A stretch of 64,000 nucleotides of DNA from assembly GCA_951406725.2 (NCBI GenBank), contig OX597841.1, forward strand, positions 17,050,001-17,114,000. Direction: 5' to 3'. Of the stretch, positions 42,201 to 56,244 are shown piece after piece; position 1 is the stretch's first letter; the number at the start of each line of letters is the position of its first letter. The notes below the pieces were generated by a model, which ran no database searches, was not told where the DNA came from, and worked only from the letters and a program-made list of their open reading frames with translations. The position numbers were made by a program, and so were the translations under genes. This DNA is from Octopus vulgaris (taxonomy: Eukaryota).

Positions 42201-42422
42201 CATTTTATTCATTCTTTTTTTCTTGTTTCAGTCATTTGACTGAGGTCATGCTGGAGCACCACATTTTGGTCGAACAAATCGACCCTAGGACTTATTCTTT
42301 GCAAGCCTACTGCTTGTGTTATGAGGTTTCTTCTGCCGGAACGCTAAGTTATTGCAACGTAAACAAACCAACATCGGTTCTCAAGCGATGGTGCGGGGAC
42401 AAACACAGACACACACACGCAA

Positions 42423-42464
<42 letters not shown>

Positions 42465-42626
42465 GCATGTATATACGACGGGCTTCTTCCAGTTTCCATC
42501 CACCAAATCCACTCACAAGACTTTGGTCGGCCTCAGGACAATTTCCCAAGGTGCCATACAGTAGGACTGAACCCGGAACCATGTAGTTGGGAAGCGAGCT
42601 TCTTACCACACAGACGCTCCAGCGCC
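42201..42626 (-). mobile_element. SINE-A, full length; a further partial copy at 42670-42756(-)
   Basis: Reverse complement of the consensus. Confidence 0.85.
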
Positions 42627-42664
<38 letters not shown>

Positions 42665-42762
42665 ACATATATACGACAGGCTTCTTTCAGTTTCCGTCTA
42701 CCAAATCCACCCACAAGGCTCTGGTCGTCCCGAAGCTATCGTAGAAGACACTTGCCGCCTTA

Positions 42763-43892
42763 TAATCTTTTCTACTCTAGGCATGCGGCCCGAAGTTTTG
42801 GGAGAAGGGGCCATCGATTAGATAGACCCTAGTACTTGACTGGTTCTTAACCTATCGACGTCGAAAGCATGAAAGGCAAAGTCGACCCCGGCGGAATTTG
42901 AACTCAGAACGTAACGACAGACGAAATACCTATTTCTTTACTACCCACAAGGGACTAAACACAGAGAGGACAAACAAGGACAGACAAACGGATTAGGTCA
43001 TCACATCGATACCAGTTCGTAACTGGTACTTAATTTATCGACCCCGAAAGGATGAAAGGGAAAGTCGACCTAGGCGGAATTTGAACTCAGAACGTAATCG
43101 CAGGCGAAATACCTATTTCTTTACTGCCCACAATGGGCTAAACACAGAGGGGACAAACAAGGACAGACAAACGGATTAGGTCATCACATCGACCCCAGTT
43201 CGTAACTGGTACTTAATTTATCGACCCCGAAAGGATGAAAGGGAAAGTCGACCTAGGCGGAATTTGAACTCAGAACGTAATCGCAGGCGAAATACCTATT
43301 TCTTTACTGCCCACAATGGGCTAAACACAGAGGGGACAAACAAGGACAGACAAACGGATTAGGTCATCACATCGACCCCAGTTCGTAACTGGTACTTAAT
43401 TTATCGACCCCGAAAGGATGAAAGGCAAAGTCGACCTCGGCGGAATTTGAACTCAGAACGTAACGACAGACGAAATACCTATTTCTTTACTACCCACAAG
43501 GGGCTAAACACAGAGAGGACAAACAAGGACAGACAAACGGATTAGGTCATCACATCGACCCCAGTTCGTAACTGGTACTTAATTTATCGACCCCGAAAGG
43601 ATGAAAGGCAAAGTCGACCTCGGCGGAATTTGAACTCAGAACGTAACGACAGACGAAATACCTATTTCTTTACTACCTACAAGGGGCTAAACACAGAGGG
43701 GACAAACAAGGACAGACAAACGGATTAGGTCATCACATCGACCCCAGTTCGTAACTGGTACTTAATTTATCGACCCCGAAAGGATGAAAGGCAAAGTCGA
43801 CCTCGGCGGAATTTGAACTCAGAACGTAACGGCAGGCGAAATAAAGCTACGCATTTCACCCGGCGCGGTAACATTTCTGCCAGCTTGCCGCC
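42763..43892 (-). mobile_element. SINE-C multimer array 2: head, five 183-bp units, final body, standard tail
   Basis: Unit boundaries at 42929, 43112, 43295, 43478 and 43661; head 43844-43892. Confidence 0.92.
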
Positions 43893-44399
43893 CTCTTCAC
43901 AGTTGTATTCTCCACTCAAACCGTGTGTCTCTACGCCTTGTGTCCGAATCTTCCATGTTTTAACATGGGGCTCCTAACGACAGTGTAATCTTCATATAAC
44001 CAAGGTGTCCTTGGCTTGAAGAGTAAACCCTGCGTTATACACCCCGCTTGGATATTTACCACTTCTGAGGTTCCGCTCGCTATGAAACATATACAGCCCC
44101 GGATCTTACCTGCTCCGGTCCTTAAATCTTGGATTTTCAATCGCATACCTGGCAACCCTGGCTACCAACCGTGGAATATAAAATTATTTTTTTTCAGCTT
44201 ATCGTTCTTTGAAATGGGGAAAATTCACCCACCCACCCCAACACACACACCTCCGCCACCAATAATCCATTTTTGTCCTTGAAAGTTGTTTCTCATATTT
44301 TCTACAGATTGCTTCAAGCTAACCTCCTTCCTACACCTCGATCCTTGGATCTTATATTTCTATGTGTGTGTACGCATATATATATATATGTATTATGTA

Positions 44400-44445
<46 letters not shown>

Positions 44446-44572
44446 AAAAATAGGATAAAATCTTCATAAGAAATTATCAAGTAGTTAGCGTGAAAAACCT
44501 CATAAGAGAAGAAAATCTGTAAATTTTTTCACTTGAATATATTTATTTATATTATATAGAGGTCATTATTAA

Positions 44573-44622
<50 letters not shown>

Positions 44623-44945
44623 CATATACAGGTGTGTGCATTCGGTGAACGGTGCGCAACGTGAGTCCATTCGGTTTTATACATAATAGAGCTCTAATTA
44701 AGTGATTTTGATATTATTTAGGTTTTCTTAATTACCAAGGCTTTTAATTTTCTAAAGCACCTCCAACGTCGCTGCCTGTAATATTCAAAACTGAAATCAA
44801 AGAAGGTAAAAAATTAAAAAAACTTTGGAAATTACCTTCATTCATAGGAATTCTTCATGAAGGCTTAAAACATGTGATTCGCCATTTTTTTTCTTTTCGT
44901 TATTTTTACCAGAAAAATACCGTGTTTTTCTTAGAATTTTAAGTA

Positions 44946-45087
44946 TATAGGCACAGGAGTGGCTGTGTGGTAATAGCCGAGGCTATAGCAGAAGACACTT
45001 GCCCAAGATGCCACGCAGTGGGACTGAACCCGGAACCATGTGGTTGATAAGCAAGCTACTTACCACACAGCCACTCCTACGCCTATA
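44946..45087. mobile_element. Convergent SINE-A heads forming a TIR-like foldback
   Basis: 44946-44973 is the near-exact reverse complement of 45060-45087. Confidence 0.8.
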
Positions 45088-45300
45088 TCTATATATAATA
45101 TATACAATACATATATGTATAATATACATGTGTGTGTGTGAATTTGTGAATTAAAGCTACCATTTGTTTCACGTAAAGAAAAATATCTTAATATCTTAAC
45201 AATTTTTCAAGCCGGTCACATGGAGAAAAGATATTGAACACCATTCCTACATGTGATTGGCTTGTTTGTGTAACTGACAACGTTTGGTACAAGTCTATTA

Positions 45301-45461
45301 CAGGAGTGGCTGTGTGGTAAGTAGCTTGCTTACCAACCACATGGTTCCAGGTTCAGTCCCACTGCGTGGCATCTTGGGCAAGTGTCTTCTACTATAGCCT
45401 CGGGCTGACCAAAGCCTTGTGAGTGGATTTGGTAGACGGAAACTGAAAGAAGCATGTCGAA

Positions 45462-45519
<58 letters not shown>

Positions 45520-45723
45520 CTTGTCCCGCCATCATCACTTGACAACTGATGCTGGTGTGTTTATGTCCCCGTTACTTAGCGGTTCGGCAAAAGAGACCGA
45601 TAGAATAAGTACTGGGTTTACAAAGAATAAGTCCTGGGGTCGATTTGCTCGACTAAAGGCGGTGCTCCAGCATGGCCGCAGTCAAATGGCTGAAACAAGT
45701 AAAAGAATAAAGAGAGTAAGAGT
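45301..45723 (+). mobile_element. SINE-A, full length
   Basis: Matches the consensus. Confidence 0.92.
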
Positions 45724-45994
45724 ATATCTTTCCCGCCTTCGTTCTCGGGGAGAAGAATCTTAACTCTTTCAGTCTTTCCCCGTAGCAGATATGTCGCACA
45801 GTGTAGCTTCGCTGGATTGCCTCGAGTTCCATCTTTAATTTTACACCATTTGGTGGCCACGGTTAGGAGCAGTAATCCAGACGAGGACAGAGGACGAAAG
45901 TCCTCCAAAGGATCATTTTGATTCCTGCTCTCTCGTTTTAAAAGTTCGAAGGAGCCATCCGGCCAAGATTCTGCATTTTATTGCCAACTTAGTA

Positions 45995-46150
45995 TTGGGT
46001 TGATGCATAATTCTTGCAGCTTTTTTCAACAAATTTTGTTCAACAAAACATCTTTAAATGATGGTCTGACCGTCTGCCGAGCAAATGGGAAGCAGTAATT
46101 GAAGTAGATGGTGAATATGCTCCGGAATAATCATTTAAAGATGTTTTTGT
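45995..46150 (+). mobile_element. Internally deleted mariner remnant
   Basis: TA followed by TIR-like TTGGGTTGATGCATAATT; 46068-46130 translates DRLPSKWEAVIEVDGEYAPE*, matching the mariner transposase C-terminal LP.RW..VI...GEY motif; truncated by a SINE-A half at 46155-46310. Confidence 0.75.
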
Positions 46151-46451
46151 TACAAGTTGTGTGGTAAGAAGCTTGCTTTCTAACCACATGTTTCCGGGTT
46201 CGGTCCCAATGCGTGGCACTTTGGCCATGTGTATTCTACTATAGCCTCAGCCTCACCAAAGCCTTGTGAGTGGATTTAGTAGATGAAAACTGAAAGAAGC
46301 CCGTCGTATATATATATATATATATATATAGCTATACTCGTACTGTACGCATCCTGTAATAAATTTAATTCAAACGTGGTTCTTATGAAAGACCTCACTT
46401 TTCATGTGCTACTTGTATTTAGCTTGATGTCTGATCTCTTATATACATACA

Positions 46452-46482
<31 letters not shown>

Positions 46483-46540
46483 CCATATACACGCATGTAA
46501 AAATATATATATGTATACACATATGTATGGATATATGTGC

Positions 46541-46625
<85 letters not shown>

Positions 46626-46768
46626 TATATGTGTGTGTGTTCGTGTATTTTATATGTCAATAAATCCCACACATATTTCTCTGAAGACCACTTTTCATAG
46701 CCGAAACAATTTGCATTTTACAAGAAAATTAGGAATATATCCTCTATGCTCTGTAATTAGCATCGTGT

Positions 46769-46807
<39 letters not shown>

Positions 46808-47034
46808 TTATTTTATATTTTTAATTTTTTATGATGTTACCTCTTCTGGCCCGGTAATTTTATTAAGTAAATTATGAGAACGTGTGGGGGGGGGTGAATG
46901 AGGACAGTAAAGAAGGAACGTGATGCACTGGTAATATTGTTATGACTGTTTATGAATTCACGCTCACACACACACACATACATATATATATATACATATA
47001 TATATAACATATATTTACATGTTATGTATATGTG

Positions 47035-47072
<38 letters not shown>

Positions 47073-47114
47073 AATGAATGTGTATTTCTATACACTTATA
47101 TACATTTACATCGT

Positions 47115-47156
<42 letters not shown>

Positions 47157-47280
47157 TACATACGTATTTATATATAACTATTTATATATAATTATGTATG
47201 TATGCGAGTTCATTTCATACTCACTCACTTGCACATACAGTTATATATATATATATATATATATGTATATGTATATATAT

Positions 47281-47730
47281 ACAGATACATATATATAAAG
47301 ATACATATATATATATATATATAACTATATATATATATAAAGATACATATATATATATAACTATATATATATATAAAGATACATATATATATATAACTAT
47401 ATATATATATAAAGATACATATATATATATATATATATATAAAGATACATATATATATATATATATAGTTATATATATATATGTATCTTTATATATATAT
47501 ATATAGTTATATATATATATATATGTATCTTTATATATATGTATATATATATATAAAGATACTTACATATATATATATAACTATATATATATAAAGATAC
47601 TTACATATATATATATATATATAACTATATATATATGAAGATACATATATATATATATATATGTATATATAACTATATATATATATGTAAAGATACATAT
47701 ATATATAACTTTATATATACGTAAATAAAG
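47281..47730. repeat. (TA)n-derived minisatellite (AAAGATAC/ATAACT units) with an internal inversion
   Basis: Units read AGTTAT/GTATCTTT at 47466-47535. Confidence 0.85.
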
Positions 47731-48624
47731 TTATAGATAGATAGACAGATAGATAGATATACATATTATTATATATTATATATTCATGTATGTATGTATT
47801 CCTACATATGCATATATATATCTTTTGAATGAGATATATACAAGCGTTTCCCCCAAGCGCAGCGCACGAATAAAATACAAAGTGTCTATAAATTAGACGG
47901 ACATGTTATCAAAGCCCCTTACAGAAGGCAACGCCGCAAATGTATTGACGGGACCCATTAACTAGGACTAATAACATAGTAGGAAATACGCTGAAATTAA
48001 CCCTTTTCATCTACAACAAACCACAAACCCATAAACGAGAAAGCAAGCCGTTAATGACCGATGTAGTTTACTAATTTCATGGCAAACCTAAAAGAAATAT
48101 ATAAACTCTGTTTTTCCTTATTGGTCATAAAATTACCACCCTCTCTTGGCGATTTACTATGCACTTACAATGTGCTTCAATTGCAGTGAATTATTTCGTA
48201 AAACGCTGAATAAAACTATAGAGGAAAACATTAGTAAACAACACAAGGTGTAGTATACAGAAGTTCCTCACAAAAATAAACGATTAATGATTGAAGAAAG
48301 GCTCTTCAAATGGCACAGCGTTGGAATGAGCACACAGAGATCGTAAACTGGTCAGAAATAAATCTGAGGATTCGTAGCTGATGAGGTGTAACTCTGGCTG
48401 TAAAAAATACAGCTACTTGTGTTCATTTCCATGCTATCAAATTTGTGCAGAGTTGTGTAAAAAATTTCGACAATAATACCCGCCAATATTACCCCATTTT
48501 GAAGAAGTGATCACGAAAGTATGGAATTGCTGAGGGAGGGTATATATATATATATATATAAATATTTTGTTTTTGGATGTGGTTCGCAAAATTCTTTATG
48601 TGAGTTCGTGTGTTGAGGCATATT

Positions 48625-48802
48625 CTGTTGTGTCTGGGGAGAGTCATTTTCTTTTTGGGCATTATAATGTAACACACTCACCGATAAAGTTTCCATTTAT
48701 TTCTTTTTTCTTTCCGAAAAAAAAAGAAAGAAGTGGAAATTTTACCGGTGAGTGAGTTACATTATAAGGCACAAAAGGAAATGACTCTCCCCAGACACAA
48801 CA

Positions 48803-48803
<1 letters not shown>
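48625..48803. repeat. ~180-bp foldback palindrome (MITE-like or inverted retroelement ends)
   Basis: CTGTTGTGTCTGGGGAGAGTCATTT ... AAATGACTCTCCCCAGACACAACAG; the arms extend almost to the centre near 48714. Confidence 0.9.
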
Positions 48804-48839
<36 letters not shown>

Positions 48840-49971
48840 AACATAAGTTCATGCGCACATATATATATACGCATATATATACATGCACATACAGAGGTAC
48901 ATAGCATTCACACACACATACATACTCTAACATACATTCACACATACATTCATACTTATATTCATACGTACATACATTCACACACACATACAAACATACA
49001 TACATTCACACATACATACCTACATTCTTGCATACATACATTCATACATACATTCATACATACACACATACATACACACATAATCACACTTACACACATA
49101 CATACATACGCACGTACGTACATACATACATGCATACGTACATACATACATACATACGTACATACATGCATATAGACATACACACATACATATATTCATA
49201 CTTATATACATATTCATACATACTTACATTCATACATACATACATTCATACATACTTACATTTATACATACATACATTCATGCATACGTTCATGCATACA
49301 TACAAATCGATAGATACATACATTCATATATACATACATACATGCGTATATACATACATACATTACAAATGATGACCATATTTGGGGCGATAAACACTTG
49401 CAAGATCTTAAGATGAACAAAACAACGTGTTTTCCTTCAGAACCTTGTTACCAAGGAGGTGGCCGGTCAAAATTTATTCTAAATTTAAAAGGGTAAGGGA
49501 ACATACATACTTGCATGCATACAAGCATACTAGCATGTATATACACAAGAAAGCAACTGAAAGCATACAACAGTTTACTTACAGTTCGCCTACGTAATAA
49601 AATCCTGTACTTGATCAGAACCCCCCGCTGGAAAAAATTTTTCAAACGAAAGACAATGAAAAACAGCCAATAGTGCCAAAAGATAACATTAGATACATGC
49701 AAAACAGAAGAGTTCCAGAAAAGGGGAAATAAATCTCAAGAAGACGAAACATATAACATCCGAAAATTGCATGCTGTGATATCTACGTTTCAGTAAAACA
49801 CATGTTGGTCACGGCTGGAGGCGGGGTCTTAATTATAGATCAGAAGTAATATGGGACAAAGTACCGCAACATCAAAGGCATCAACTACAATAACAACTGC
49901 AACATCTAACAAACAAACATGTATTCACCATTTTATCATTAAACTTGTACCAGTCGAACAGAGAATGTCAC

Positions 49972-49985
49972 GTTACCATGGCAAC
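49972..49985. promoter_or_regulatory. Consensus RFX X-box GTTACCATGGCAAC
   Basis: Matches GTTNCCATGGNAAC; a GC box GGAGGCGGGG lies at 49817-49826. Confidence 0.4.
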
Positions 49986-50110
49986 GCGGACGTATACACA
50001 CACACACAGACACGCGCGTGCACATACATTGACATAGACATGCAAACATATAGGTGTACGTGTGTGTGTCTCTCTATGTTTCAGTGAGCGTGTATATATA
50101 TGTGTATGTG

Positions 50111-50141
<31 letters not shown>

Positions 50142-50199
50142 CACAGGTGTATTTATATACTTTCATATACATATACATTTATTTAGATATATAATTATA

Positions 50200-50247
50200 A
50201 AGATATGTATGTATATATATATATACATTCTTATGTATGTATATAAG

Positions 50248-50296
<49 letters not shown>

Positions 50297-51079
50297 TCTT
50301 ATGTATGTATGTATGCTTGTATGTACGCATGTATGTATGTAAGCATATATGTAAGAATAATTGAGTGTATGTGTGTATGGATGTATGTATGTATGTATGT
50401 ATGTATATATATATGTATGTATGAATGCATGTACGCATGTATGTATGTGTGTATATATGTTTGTATGCACGTATGTATGTATATATGTATGTTGCATCTA
50501 TGCATGTATGTATGTCTGTGTGTATGTATGAATGTATATATGTGTGTACGTATCTATGTACGCACGTATGTATATGTGTGTATGCATGTATGTATGTAGG
50601 TATGTATGTATCTATGTATACATGTATGTGTGCTTGTATATATGTGTGTATATATGTGTCTGTAAGTACGGATTTATGTATATGTGTGTGTATGCACGTA
50701 TGCATGTGTGTATTATGTTTGCATGTATGTATGTATGATGTATGTGTGTGTATGCATGTATGTATGTACGCATGTATGTATGTATGATGTATGTGTGTGT
50801 GTGTGTATGTATGTTTGCATGCACGTATGCATGCATGTATGCATGTATACACGTATGTATGTATGTATGTATGTATTTATGTATCTATGTGTGTATGTAT
50901 GTGTGTATGTATGCATGCATGCATGTATGTATGTATGTATGTATGTATGTATGTATGTATGTATGTATGTATTTATGTATATACGTATGTATGTATGTGT
51001 GTGTATGTATGTATGTATGTATGTATGTATGTATGTATGTGTGTGTATGCATGTATGTATGTACGCATGTATGTATGTA

Positions 51080-51114
<35 letters not shown>

Positions 51115-51281
51115 ATGTATGTATGTATGCATGCACGTATGCATGCATGTATGCACGTATGTATGTATGTATGTATGTATGTATGTATGTATGTATGTGT
51201 ATGTGTGTATGTATGTATGTATGTATGTATGTGTGTATGTATGTATGTATGTATGTATGTATGTACGCATGTATGTATGTA

Positions 51282-51316
<35 letters not shown>

Positions 51317-53000
51317 ATGTATGTATGTATGCATGCACGTATGCATGCATGTATGCACGTATGTATGTATGTATGTATGTATGCATGTATGTATGTATGT
51401 ATGTGTGTGTATGTATGCATGTATGTATGTATGATGTATGTGTGTGTATGCATGTATGTATGTATGTATATATGTATATACGTATGTATATATGTTTGTA
51501 TGTAGGTATGTACGCATTTATATACGTATATACGTATGTATGTATGTATGTATGTACGTGTGTATGTAATCTCCATAATTCATCGTCTCCCTTCGCTCTC
51601 TCCGTCTCTCTTTTGTTCACACGAGGATGATCTATACACCTCATCTTCCCTACTCTCTCTTTCTCTTCTCTTTCGATCCCCACCTCCTTTATACTCTCCT
51701 TCTCTCATCCCTTTTCATTTCCTCTACCTTTCATTCTGTCTGTCTCCCTCTCTCTTCTTCTCCACATATCTCTCTCCTCCTTCCGACACCTCCACCACTA
51801 CTGCCAACACCAAAGGCGACAACACCACAACCACCACCACCACCACCACCACCATTTTCATCACCACAACCACCACCACCATCTTCATCACCACACCCAC
51901 TACCACCATCTTCATCACCACAAGCACCATCACCACAACCACCACCACCATCTTCATCACCACAACCACTACCACCATCTTCATCACCACAAGCACCATC
52001 ACCATAACTACCATCACCACAGCGAATACCACCACCACCACCACCACCACCATACTACCGCCAACACCACAACCACCACCACCACCACACTACCACCACC
52101 ACCAACAACACCTCCCCACCACAACCACCACCACTAAACAAAACCACGAGATTCACCACCGTCACGACAACACCCACAAACACCAACACCTCCCCACCAC
52201 AACCACCACCACTACAAAGACCACCATCATCACCGCCACCATCATGAACGCAACCACCACCATCAGCACCTCTACCACCACCATTGCCGCCATCACCATC
52301 ACAGCTACCACAACCACCCAACCATCACCACCCATCACTACCACCATTACCACCACCACTACCACCATCAGCACAGCCACCAATCCACAATTAGCACAAC
52401 AACATCAACCACCAGAACCATCGCCGCAACCATAATCGCCACCACCACTACCACCACAACCACCAGCACCAACACTATCACCATCACCCCACAACCATCA
52501 TCATCACCACCACTACCACCAACACAACCACCACCAACACCACAATCACCACCACCACCAACAACAACAACAACACTATCACCATCACCATCACAACCAC
52601 CACCATCAATCTATCACTACCACATACGCCACCACAACCATCATCACAACCACCACCACTACCACCAACACAACCACCACTACCATAATCCCCACCAACA
52701 ACAGCACCATCACCATCACAACCACCAACACAACCACAACCACCACCACAACCACCACCACAACCACCACCACTACCACAACCACCACCACAACCACAAC
52801 CACCACCACAACCACCACCACCACCACCACCACCACCACAACCACCACCACAACCACCACCACAACCACCACCACAACCACCACCACAACCACTACCACC
52901 ACCACCACCACAACCACCACCACAACCACTACCACCACCATCACCACCAACACTACCACAACCACCACCACCACTACCACAACCACCACCATCCATCCTA
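50200..53000. repeat. (TATG)n field followed by a (CAC/CAA)n field
   Basis: Directly visible. Confidence 0.92.
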
Positions 53001-53299
53001 ACCATCAAAAACCAATAGAGATTCTGTACTTCGTTAATATCACAGGACACACACTTCTGTGTGTCACATTCACTTAGACGAAACTTTGTCAGCAAAAGAT
53101 ATTAAATAGAGGACAATCTCCCCATGGCCACCACCAATGCCGCCACCGCTGCCAGCGCCAACATCGACGCTCATCAAGTCCGTTGCTCTCCTTTATTACT
53201 TACCCTTCGATGGCTCTCTTCGCTTCACACAAGGTTTGTAGTTATATTGACAGCTGAGAGGACACACACACACATATATATATATATACACACACACAC

Positions 53300-53372
<73 letters not shown>

Positions 53373-53424
53373 GGTATGTTTATATACATATATATATATA
53401 TATATATATTTATATAGGTATGTT

Positions 53425-53469
<45 letters not shown>

Positions 53470-53482
53470 GTATGTATATATG

Positions 53483-53520
<38 letters not shown>

Positions 53521-53750
53521 TGTATATATACACATATGTATATACGCGTGTGTGTGTGTGTAGAAAAATAATACTATCCTCTTTTGACAGCTCGTCAATA
53601 TACTTCTCTCGCTCTACACACAAATACATATACATACATAGATATACGTATACATACATACACATACACACACACACATATATATGTATATATATATGCA
53701 TATACATATATATTTATATATATATTCATAAATTCATAAATCCATACACA

Positions 53751-53825
<75 letters not shown>

Positions 53826-53892
53826 CAAATATGTGTATATATACATATATATACACATATAATTTTGTGTATATGTATAAATGGAAATATTT

Positions 53893-53960
53893 TATGGACT
53901 TGGAAGCTGGATAAAGTAGCTGGAGATTCCTCAATAATTCAGCGTAGGTATTTTCGTTAT
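53893..53960 (-). mobile_element. Small RLE-type LINE fragment
   Basis: Translates NENTYAELLRNLQLLYPASKSI, overlapping the 22716 copy. Confidence 0.6.
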
Positions 53961-53991
53961 GAACGTGTTGTGCAGTTCCGGTTTCTTCTAT

Positions 53992-54379
53992 TTTTTAGAA
54001 GCACTCCGTCGGTTACGACGACGAGGGTTCCGGTTGATCCGAATCAACGGAACAGCCTGCTCGTGAAATTAACGTGTAAGTGGCTGAGCACTCCACAGAC
54101 ACGTGCACCCTTAACGTAGTTCTCGGGGATATTCAGCGTGACACAGAGAGTGACAAAGCCGGCCCTTTGAAATACAGGTACAACAGAAACAGGAAGTAAG
54201 AGTGAGAGAAAGTTGTGGTGAAAGAGTACAGCAGGGATCACCACCATCCCTTCCGGAGCCTCGTGGAGCTTTTAGGTGTTTTCGCTCAATAAACACTCAC
54301 AACGCCCGGTCTGGGAATCGAAACCTCGATCCTACGACCGCGAATCCGCTGCCCTAACCACTGGGCCATTGCGCCTCCA
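53992..54379 (-). mobile_element. SINE-B, full length, with 13-bp TSD
   Basis: CGGTTTCTTCTAT at 53979-53991 and 54380-54392; short A tail. Confidence 0.95.
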
Positions 54380-54699
54380 CGGTTTCTTCTATACCTTCAG
54401 CTAGAATGAATTTGTTTACCTGTTGTTTTCTTTCCGTTCCTCGGTTGTGTTGTTGATGTGTTCAGCTATGTTGCTTGCAGTGAACCTCTGCATGTTAAAG
54501 CCACGTTTCCGTTGAAAATCGCCCCACTTCAAATAATTCATCTTAAGATTAACCAGTTATTTAACAAGGCTGATAGTGGTGGCTTCAAGGCTGGAGATAG
54601 TATTCGAGGTATTTTTGATAAATAATCTCCCACGCCAAATACGCGACTTGTAGCTTCGAGTGTTCGATCTATGTACGTATTTATGTATGGCTTCTGTTT

Positions 54700-55230
54700 T
54701 TGATAATTTAAATTCTTGTGAAAAAGGCGCTCGTTTCTAACAAAGATACAAAACTTCCTCGTTGGAATGCAGATAAAGAAAACAATCTTACATTTTAAAC
54801 TTGAGAAAAATCTTGCATATTTTTACTATTCCGCTTACAAATTTTATATAATGAGCAAGTTAGCTGGGTGAATTCTTTTTCTGAAAATTTAAGTTTATCT
54901 AGAGACCGTCAGTTAGGCATTAACACACAAAACCAACTACTCCAAGTATTATTTGTACGTGTGTATTTCTGTTTGATTTAAGTTCTTCTTGGGAGAGTTG
55001 AAGTCGGTCGCAAACGAAACAAGACATTTTTAGTTAGAACAGTTCCCAGCGTTTATAAATCTTTGGTTGAGTTTGTGTGTTGGTTGAACTATCAACGTAT
55101 ACTCCCACCTAAAGAATCTCAGACGGAGAATCTTTGGAATGTCTTTCAGATCTTCACGGTGCCACTGATACATTGGATTTGGAGAAATGGCGTCTTTTGC
55201 TCATTTCCCGTGAAGCCAAATATTTCTCGT
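54700..55230 (-). mobile_element. RLE-type LINE 3' end (coding relic 55119-55220 plus putative 3'UTR)
   Basis: FGFTGNEQKTPFLQIQCISGTVKI*KTFQRFSV*; the terminal motif at 54733-54768 matches 23597-23633. Confidence 0.6.
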
Positions 55231-55459
55231 TTTTTTTGTTGGTACGAATATGCATGCATGCGTGGCCACTACTAATCTTTTACAGATTACAAGGGTTGAT
55301 ATGCCGTCGACCGCATTATTCGGATGACAGAAAACTAAGCACCGGACAACCTTACAGATGTCAGGTAGCCAATCATGGTCTTCAGTTGACGCAGGACCGC
55401 AGCTTTATCAAAAAATAAGGAACTGTGGGAAGATACATCTGGCGAACATCGATCACAAA

Positions 55460-55551
55460 TTTTACCGAAACTCTAAGTTACCAAGGCGTAAACATCGGTT
55501 GCCATCATTTGCCAAGCGATGGGGGGAGGGGAACACAAACACAGACGCACA

Positions 55552-55582
<31 letters not shown>

Positions 55583-55745
55583 TCGCGACGAGCTTCTTGC
55601 AGTTTCTGTCTACCAAATCCACTCACAAGGCTGTGGTCAACGCGAGGCTATAGTAGAAGACATTTGGCCAAGGTGTCACGCAGTGGGACAGAAACTGGAA
55701 CCATGTGGTTGGTAAGCAAGCTTCTTACCACAGAGCCACGCCTGC
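55460..55745 (-). mobile_element. SINE-A, 5' two-thirds
   Basis: Reverse complement of the consensus. Confidence 0.8.
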
Positions 55746-55762
55746 ATATAAAGAGAGAATGG

Positions 55763-55818
<56 letters not shown>

Positions 55819-56027
55819 TGCTTACATTGCTATAATATGTGTATGAATATGTGCGTACACATTTATATATACATGTGGACAGATATAAATATATACACAC
55901 ACACACACACACATTTATGCACTTACACATATAAGTAGATATATACATACGTGCACGTCTATATACACACATATATGTGTTTATATATGTATATATATGT
56001 GTATATATTTTTATTTATATGTAAGTA

Positions 56028-56130
<103 letters not shown>

Positions 56131-56174
56131 ATATATATACACACACACATACATATATATATATACATATATAT

Positions 56175-56244
<70 letters not shown>

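Noticed and set aside
42751-42762. CTTGCCGCC as a TSD for array 2
   Set aside because: The right-hand match is the SINE-C head itself and the left overlaps SINE-A sequence, so this is better read as a microhomology junction.
44147-44160. hAT-like terminus (reverse complement CAGGGTTGCCAGGT)
   Set aside because: No matching opposite TIR or 8-bp TSD found.
45892-45907. GNRA tetraloop hairpin GAGGAC-GAAA-GTCCTC
   Set aside because: An isolated 6-bp hairpin is expected by chance in 64 kb; no larger fold is supported.
46676-46715. CTGAAGA…GCCGAAAC hammerhead-like relic (also 3640-3685, 9575-9650 minus, 12195-12225 minus)
   Set aside because: Stems are too decayed or the core half is missing, so no fold can be called; they may be PLE remnants.
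47997-48350. piggyBac-like TTAACCCTTT end and a transposase HTH-like peptide (KRLMIEERLFKWHSVGMS)
   Set aside because: No paired end and only marginal similarity.
48373-48417. CTGATGAG hammerhead-like core
   Set aside because: No stem II closing onto GAAA; only a simple hairpin.
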